Source: a virus (Duplodnaviria > Caudoviricetes). Taken from it: DNA of 29,914 nucleotides. Every line of letters begins with the position of its first letter. Positions within the stretch are counted from its first letter, which is position 1. The position numbers were made by a program, and so were the translations under genes. The notes under the pieces are model-generated. The model had not been told where the DNA came from. It did not search any database and saw nothing but the letters and a program-made list of their open reading frames with translations. Of this stretch, positions 25,809 through 29,914 are shown piece after piece. The stretch is from positions 1 through 29,914 of IMG/VR virus record IMGVR_UViG_3300020044_009798. One strand, 5' to 3'.

Positions 25809-26229
25809 TGGTTACGATTTCAATTACCACTTTATCAATCAGCCTTTCACCGTCTTTGCCCGTTACTTCCTGCCTTTGCGCCCATCCCTTTTCTTTGCCT
25901 TTGCGCTCCAGTACAAATTGTAAAAGTCCATCGGTTGCAATTATCTTTTTCTTAATAACCTTTACTGTTACTTCATTGTTAGGGTCGGTTGTTTCATGTA
26001 TTTCTTTAAAAGTATATCCCGATATTCTTCTTCGAGCCTCTAGCCATGCCTCCTTGTAAATGTCATCGGAATATTCGAGGGAATCAATCAACGCCTTAAA
26101 TTCATCTTGCTCTAACCACTTATTTAATGTTTTTCTATCAATACCCAAATCTTTACAAACCCGATTTTTGTTACCAAAATGGGATAAGTAAAGTTGGGCT
26201 GCTCTTTTCTTTTGCTCTTCGTTATACAT
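25780..26229 (-). CDS. terS: terminase small subunit
   Basis: N-terminal HTH (VCKDLGIDRKTLNKW), GKEKGW..RQEVTGKDG; overlaps terL. Confidence 0.82.
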   Translation of the reverse strand: MYNEEQKKRAAQLYLSHFGNKNRVCKDLGIDRKTLNKWLEQDEFKALIDSLEYSDDIYKEAWLEARRRISGYTFKEIHETTDPNNEVTVKVIKKKIIATDGLLQFVLERKGKEKGWAQRQEVTGKDGERLIDKVVIEIVTNDGTTDKSD

Positions 26230-26349
26230 TAAAAATAAGTGGATTTAAGTGGATTTTTTAAACCCTCGCAAATGTCCCCACTTGCGAGGTACTACTATTT
26301 TCTTATCCCTTTACAACATGGCATAACCTCCTAGTATGCCTTAGTTTTG

Positions 26350-26381
26350 CGAATATACGCCATTTTTGGGACAGATGCAAA
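26350..26381 (-). promoter_or_regulatory. promoter for terminase and late genes
   Basis: TTTG (26381-26378), 20-nt spacer, TATATTCG (26357-26350; one mismatch to TAnnTTTG). Confidence 0.6.
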
Positions 26382-26386
26382 TAAAA

Positions 26387-26653
26387 CTACTTAAACATAT
26401 CATTAAGCTCGGTTTCGTACTTTTTAAGATACTCCTTTGTGATAGTCAAGTCGCTAGATATACCGTCTTGCATTGCGTTTATTGCATCAGGAACGGACAT
26501 ACATAACCATTCAGCTATCGGCTTAAAAACAGCATCAGACATATCAAAACCGCTATGTTTTACAGTCTCTAAAGCCTTCTCATACATCGCAATTTCTTGC
26601 TTTGTCTTTTCGATTCTTTCGGCTAATTGGTTAGCCTTGTTTAGTTTTTCCAT
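26387..26653 (-). CDS. coiled-coil hypothetical protein
   Basis: Start MEKLNKANQ at 26653, just after the upstream stop. Confidence 0.65.
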   Translation of the reverse strand: MEKLNKANQLAERIEKTKQEIAMYEKALETVKHSGFDMSDAVFKPIAEWLCMSVPDAINAMQDGISSDLTITKEYLKKYETELNDMFK

Positions 26654-26655
26654 GT

Positions 26656-27075
26656 TTAAAATTTGTAAGGTTTTGCGGCATACCCTTTTATGTACCATTG
26701 GTTTAAAGGTTTGCCGATGAGGTGAAAATAATATTTGTGTATGTACTTGCAAAAGTCTTCAATCGATTCCAATTTAGAGCTATAAGCTCGGTACTTTCCG
26801 CATCGTTCCCCTTTCCATCCGTCCCCACATTTTATACCGAATAGGTTGTTTGATTTGCGGGCTAGTGGGGACGCTCCTAAATGCGATTCGTTCCAACCAA
26901 CGCCGAAAATTACTTCCTTTGGGATATTATAACGCAAGGCCATTGTATCTATGTAGTCTAAAATGGTGATAGGACGCACAGAATTAAGCCGTATTGAGTT
27001 ATTTTGTGTTGGTTGGTGTTCTATATCGTTTAGACCAAGAAAAGCGGCTATAAGGCAAAATAAAACGATTCTCAT
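26656..27075 (-). CDS. GH73 glucosaminidase-family peptidoglycan hydrolase with N-terminal signal sequence
   Basis: ES..G.S.LA..SNNLFGIK, YRAY.S..ESI.D and GYA..P.Y motifs. Confidence 0.85.
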   Translation of the reverse strand: MRIVLFCLIAAFLGLNDIEHQPTQNNSIRLNSVRPITILDYIDTMALRYNIPKEVIFGVGWNESHLGASPLARKSNNLFGIKCGDGWKGERCGKYRAYSSKLESIEDFCKYIHKYYFHLIGKPLNQWYIKGYAAKPYKF

Positions 27076-27659
27076 ATTTTAACGATTTTATACTCATATC
27101 GAACAGGGTCTTTAAATCGGTTTCTTCGCAGTCCCTTGCATTGTTGATATATCCAACCTTTATGTTTATCCACAAAACGGGCTGCGGCTGCAATAGTCGG
27201 CCAACGGCCCGTTTCTTTTCCGTTCTCTAATCTTACTACAATTCGGCAGGCTCTTTTTTCCGCTCCGATTAATCGAAAAGCATGGCCGCACTCGGTAATG
27301 CCGTTTTTTCTTCTGCCGTTTACATTAAAATTAATAACTGATACATCAATATTCAATGCCTCCGATGCAGCCTTGAAAGAGTTGTATGTAGCTATTTCCG
27401 TTCCGTAGATGTTGTAAGCTACGCATTTTATATCAGGTCGGCCCCGTCTCGCTTTTTCTGCTGCGAGGCGTTCCCTCTTAGCCTGCATTATTCGTTCCTC
27501 TTTTTGCTCGAAAATAGTAGGGTCTGAAAAACCTAGTTTTGGTATTGTGGTTATTTCTTTACCCACTAAGCCGATAAAGCATAAACCCTCATAGGGGCAT
27601 TGTGTTTGGTTTTTGGTTATAGGTTGGGCGCAAAAGGCGCAGTAGTTGTTGGATTGCAT
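27072..27659 (-). CDS. NUMOD1-repeat DNA-binding protein with N-terminal Cys motif
   Basis: YNSFKAASEALNI and WPTIAAAARFV repeats; CxxC...C...C. Confidence 0.65.
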   Translation of the reverse strand: MQSNNYCAFCAQPITKNQTQCPYEGLCFIGLVGKEITTIPKLGFSDPTIFEQKEERIMQAKRERLAAEKARRGRPDIKCVAYNIYGTEIATYNSFKAASEALNIDVSVINFNVNGRRKNGITECGHAFRLIGAEKRACRIVVRLENGKETGRWPTIAAAARFVDKHKGWIYQQCKGLRRNRFKDPVRYEYKIVKI

Positions 27660-27663
27660 GATG

Positions 27664-28119
27664 TTAGAGTTTTTTAATTATTCGTTTTTTAGCTGCTCGC
27701 TTGTTAGCTTCTTTTGTTGTTTTAATGGCCTCAAACAGGTGCGGCGGCGTTGTGCTGTCAATTACCGCCTTAACTGTTTGGGCACACCAACTAGGATTTT
27801 CTTTTGCTTGTTTTGATGTGAAGCGTAGAACGGTATAGCCTAACATCGCATAACAATTATACTTATGGCAGTTATCCGAATATACTTCAGGACGGTTATG
27901 GCCACCGTTCCCAAATACGCCGCCCTCGATTTCTACGGCTATTTTCTTTTCCCCAATGATGAAAAGATAGTCGGTTCGCCAATCTCGTCCTAATTCTTTT
28001 GCAAAAAGCACTTCGCCCGTGCTTGTATCGCAATACGGCATAGGTATTTCGAGGTTCTTGCAGCAGATTAAAAAGAACGGGTATTTTTCGGGTTTGTTGG
28101 ATTTTTTGTAGAAGCGCAT
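27664..28119 (-). CDS. DUF559/Vsr-like PD-(D/E)XK endonuclease
   Basis: WRTDY, IAVEIEGG, GGHNR and KYN..AMLGYTVLRFT motifs. Confidence 0.85.
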   Translation of the reverse strand: MRFYKKSNKPEKYPFFLICCKNLEIPMPYCDTSTGEVLFAKELGRDWRTDYLFIIGEKKIAVEIEGGVFGNGGHNRPEVYSDNCHKYNCYAMLGYTVLRFTSKQAKENPSWCAQTVKAVIDSTTPPHLFEAIKTTKEANKRAAKKRIIKKL

Positions 28120-28123
28120 GGTT

Positions 28124-28342
28124 TTAAGGTTGAAAAGCGAGATAAAAGCCTGTTTCTGTGCGATTTACGACAACTAATTTTCTTTCAAATCGCAATTCAA
28201 GGCCGTTAATAGAATAACCCATATTAGGTTTTTGAGGCGTGTATTTCACTACTAAAAAATCCTTGCATATTTCAGCATTAAAGCCTATTTTCTTTAATTC
28301 AGCTAAAAGCTGTTCGTTTGGTGTTAAAATGCGCTGTTCCAT
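28124..28342 (-). CDS. hypothetical protein
   Basis: 72 aa overlapping the helicase stop. Confidence 0.6.
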   Translation of the reverse strand: MEQRILTPNEQLLAELKKIGFNAEICKDFLVVKYTPQKPNMGYSINGLELRFERKLVVVNRTETGFYLAFQP

Positions 28343-29646
28343 TGTGCTTGTTGGTAGTTTTCAAATTTGAAATAATATCCTGAGTAGCGAATGCGCTCGC
28401 AGGCTGTTTGCCCCTCTCTATTCTTTGCAATATAAATATCAGCTTTGCCGATTGAATCCTCACCATCCTCAAATTGCATTATCCCCTCTTTTTCGGGCCG
28501 ATGTATAAGTAGTATTTTAGATGCGCAATTCTCCAAAGCCTGCGCCCCTAGTAAATCGGCGGCGGTTGGTCGTGAGCCTAATTTGTTTTTTCTTAGCTGC
28601 GAGGCTGCTATGACAGGAACACCTAAATGTTTTTTAATATTCATCAGCTCTCGAGCCACAAAAGAAGAAGATTCGTTTTGGTCTTTGAAAAAGCGGCCCG
28701 TTGGAATGAGCTGCATATAATCAATAAAAATGCCGTTTATTTTATGTTGGCAGCTCGCAGCTATACACTTTGCCCGTAGCACCTCAATACTCATTCCCCC
28801 ACAATCGAAAATATGTAAAAGGTTTTTTTCGATTTTCTCATTTATCCAAAGACGGGCTAATTTATATCTTTGCCGCTCATCTTCGGACATCGTACCCATT
28901 TTTATATTTTGGGCCATTACTTCAGCTTTGGCAGAAATTAAGCGTATCAGAAGCTTTTTTGTACTCATTTCGTAGGAAAAAACCGCACAACTTTTTCCGT
29001 TTTCTAGGAATGAAGAAACGATATTGAACATTAAGGCTGTTTTGCCTACGCCTGAATCAGCGCCAATCACAAAAAAATCGTCGTTTTCCACTCCGCCGCA
29101 AATATTTTTATCTAAATCCGTTATTCCTGTACTTACGGGACTATTTGCAGGATTATAAACACCATCAGCATCATTGTCGATTCCTTGTAAAATATCGCTT
29201 AAATTATCTTCGGTTTTTGTAAGTTTGTCTGTTACTTCCATAACAGAACGCTGTGCATATCCTACTGTTTCCAAAATATCTACCGAAGCATCAAAAGCGG
29301 ATTTTTGCGTTATGTCGCTAATTTTTATTAGCTCACGGCGCATAGTTACCTGTTTTAAGCATTGGACATGATATTCTAAATTAGCCGTACTTCCTACGGT
29401 GTTAGAAATATCCATCACGTCCATAATATCACCGCCACTAGCTACAAAAGCCTGCCCGACTGTTAGTAGGTCAATTTTGCCGTTGTTTTTCGCTATGCCT
29501 TGAATAGCTTTAAATATTGCGGCGTGATGCGCTGTATAAAAATCGTTTTCCGTTAATGGCTGCTGATTCATAACACGATAATACGCCATTGAATCTATTA
29601 ACATAGCCCCTAAAATCGCACGCTCTAAATTAGGCTGCGAGGGGAA
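28324..29646 (-). CDS. dnaB: replicative DnaB-family helicase, 5' end interrupted
   Basis: GADSGVGKT, FSYEMS, IDYMQL, ASQL and IAKNREG; frame continues upstream as FPSQPNLERAILGAM to the junction near 29641. Confidence 0.93.
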   Translation of the reverse strand, partial: FPSQPNLERAILGAMLIDSMAYYRVMNQQPLTENDFYTAHHAAIFKAIQGIAKNNGKIDLLTVGQAFVASGGDIMDVMDISNTVGSTANLEYHVQCLKQVTMRRELIKISDITQKSAFDASVDILETVGYAQRSVMEVTDKLTKTEDNLSDILQGIDNDADGVYNPANSPVSTGITDLDKNICGGVENDDFFVIGADSGVGKTALMFNIVSSFLENGKSCAVFSYEMSTKKLLIRLISAKAEVMAQNIKMGTMSEDERQRYKLARLWINEKIEKNLLHIFDCGGMSIEVLRAKCIAASCQHKINGIFIDYMQLIPTGRFFKDQNESSSFVARELMNIKKHLGVPVIAASQLRKNKLGSRPTAADLLGAQALENCASKILLIHRPEKEGIMQFEDGEDSIGKADIYIAKNREGQTACERIRYSGYYFKFENYQQAQWNSAF

Positions 29647-29914
29647 TGAGTATTGAGGTGTTACGAGCGAAGTGTATAGCTGCGAGCTGCCAACATAAAA
29701 TAAACGGCATTTTTATTGATTATATGCAGCTTATTCCAACGGGCCGCTTTTTCAAAGACCAGAACGAATCTTCTTCTTTTGTGGCTCGTGAGCTGATGAA
29801 TATCAAAAAACATTTAGGTGTTCCTGTTATAGCAGCCTCGCAGCTAAGAAAAAACAAATTAGGCTCACGACCAACCGCCGCCGATTTACTAGGGGCGCAG
29901 GCTTTGGAGAATTG
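29641..29914 (+). repeat. 274-bp inverted copy of dnaB internal segment 28526-28799
   Basis: Reverse-complement match with 8 substitutions, running to the window end. Confidence 0.95.

Noticed and set aside
26654-26752. Longer start for ORF 26387-26752
   Set aside because: Overlaps the GH73 catalytic C-terminus; ATG at 26653 follows the upstream stop directly
29641-29914. DGR template/variable repeat pair with 28526-28799
   Set aside because: Differences are synonymous and not adenine-specific, the target is a helicase core, and no reverse transcriptase is present in the window
1-29914. Stop-codon reassignment, tRNA genes, integrase or att sites
   Set aside because: Genes tile densely in the standard code using all three stops; no cloverleaf or recombinase was recognised

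Overview
A ~30 kb fragment of a tailed dsDNA phage, most likely infecting Bacteroidota (TAnnTTTG promoters, A-rich translation starts, and a structural gene set typical of Bacteroidota phages). Two convergent arms. Plus strand 1-4609: small hypothetical or membrane genes, a T5orf172/GIY-YIG protein, a DNA methyltransferase and an amidase endolysin. Minus strand ~29640 to 4805: DnaB helicase, DUF559-like nuclease, NUMOD1 protein, GH73 hydrolase, terS, terL, a frameshifted chaperone pair, neck and tail genes, tape measure, Clp protease-scaffold, major capsid, portal, adaptor, fibre-like genes and holin/spanin candidates. The most notable unannotated signal is a pair of homologous, independently promoted and terminated small structured RNAs (4675-4777 minus, 15412-15559 plus) with a compensatory base change. 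The second looks inserted at a gene junction with direct repeats. Also seen: a repeat-flanked 57-aa gene resembling part of the capsid protein, a tandem paralog moron, T-run switches in two paralogous fibre genes, apparent absence of GATC, and a terminal inverted dnaB copy that is probably a chimera. All product calls rest on motif recognition by eye, not database searches.
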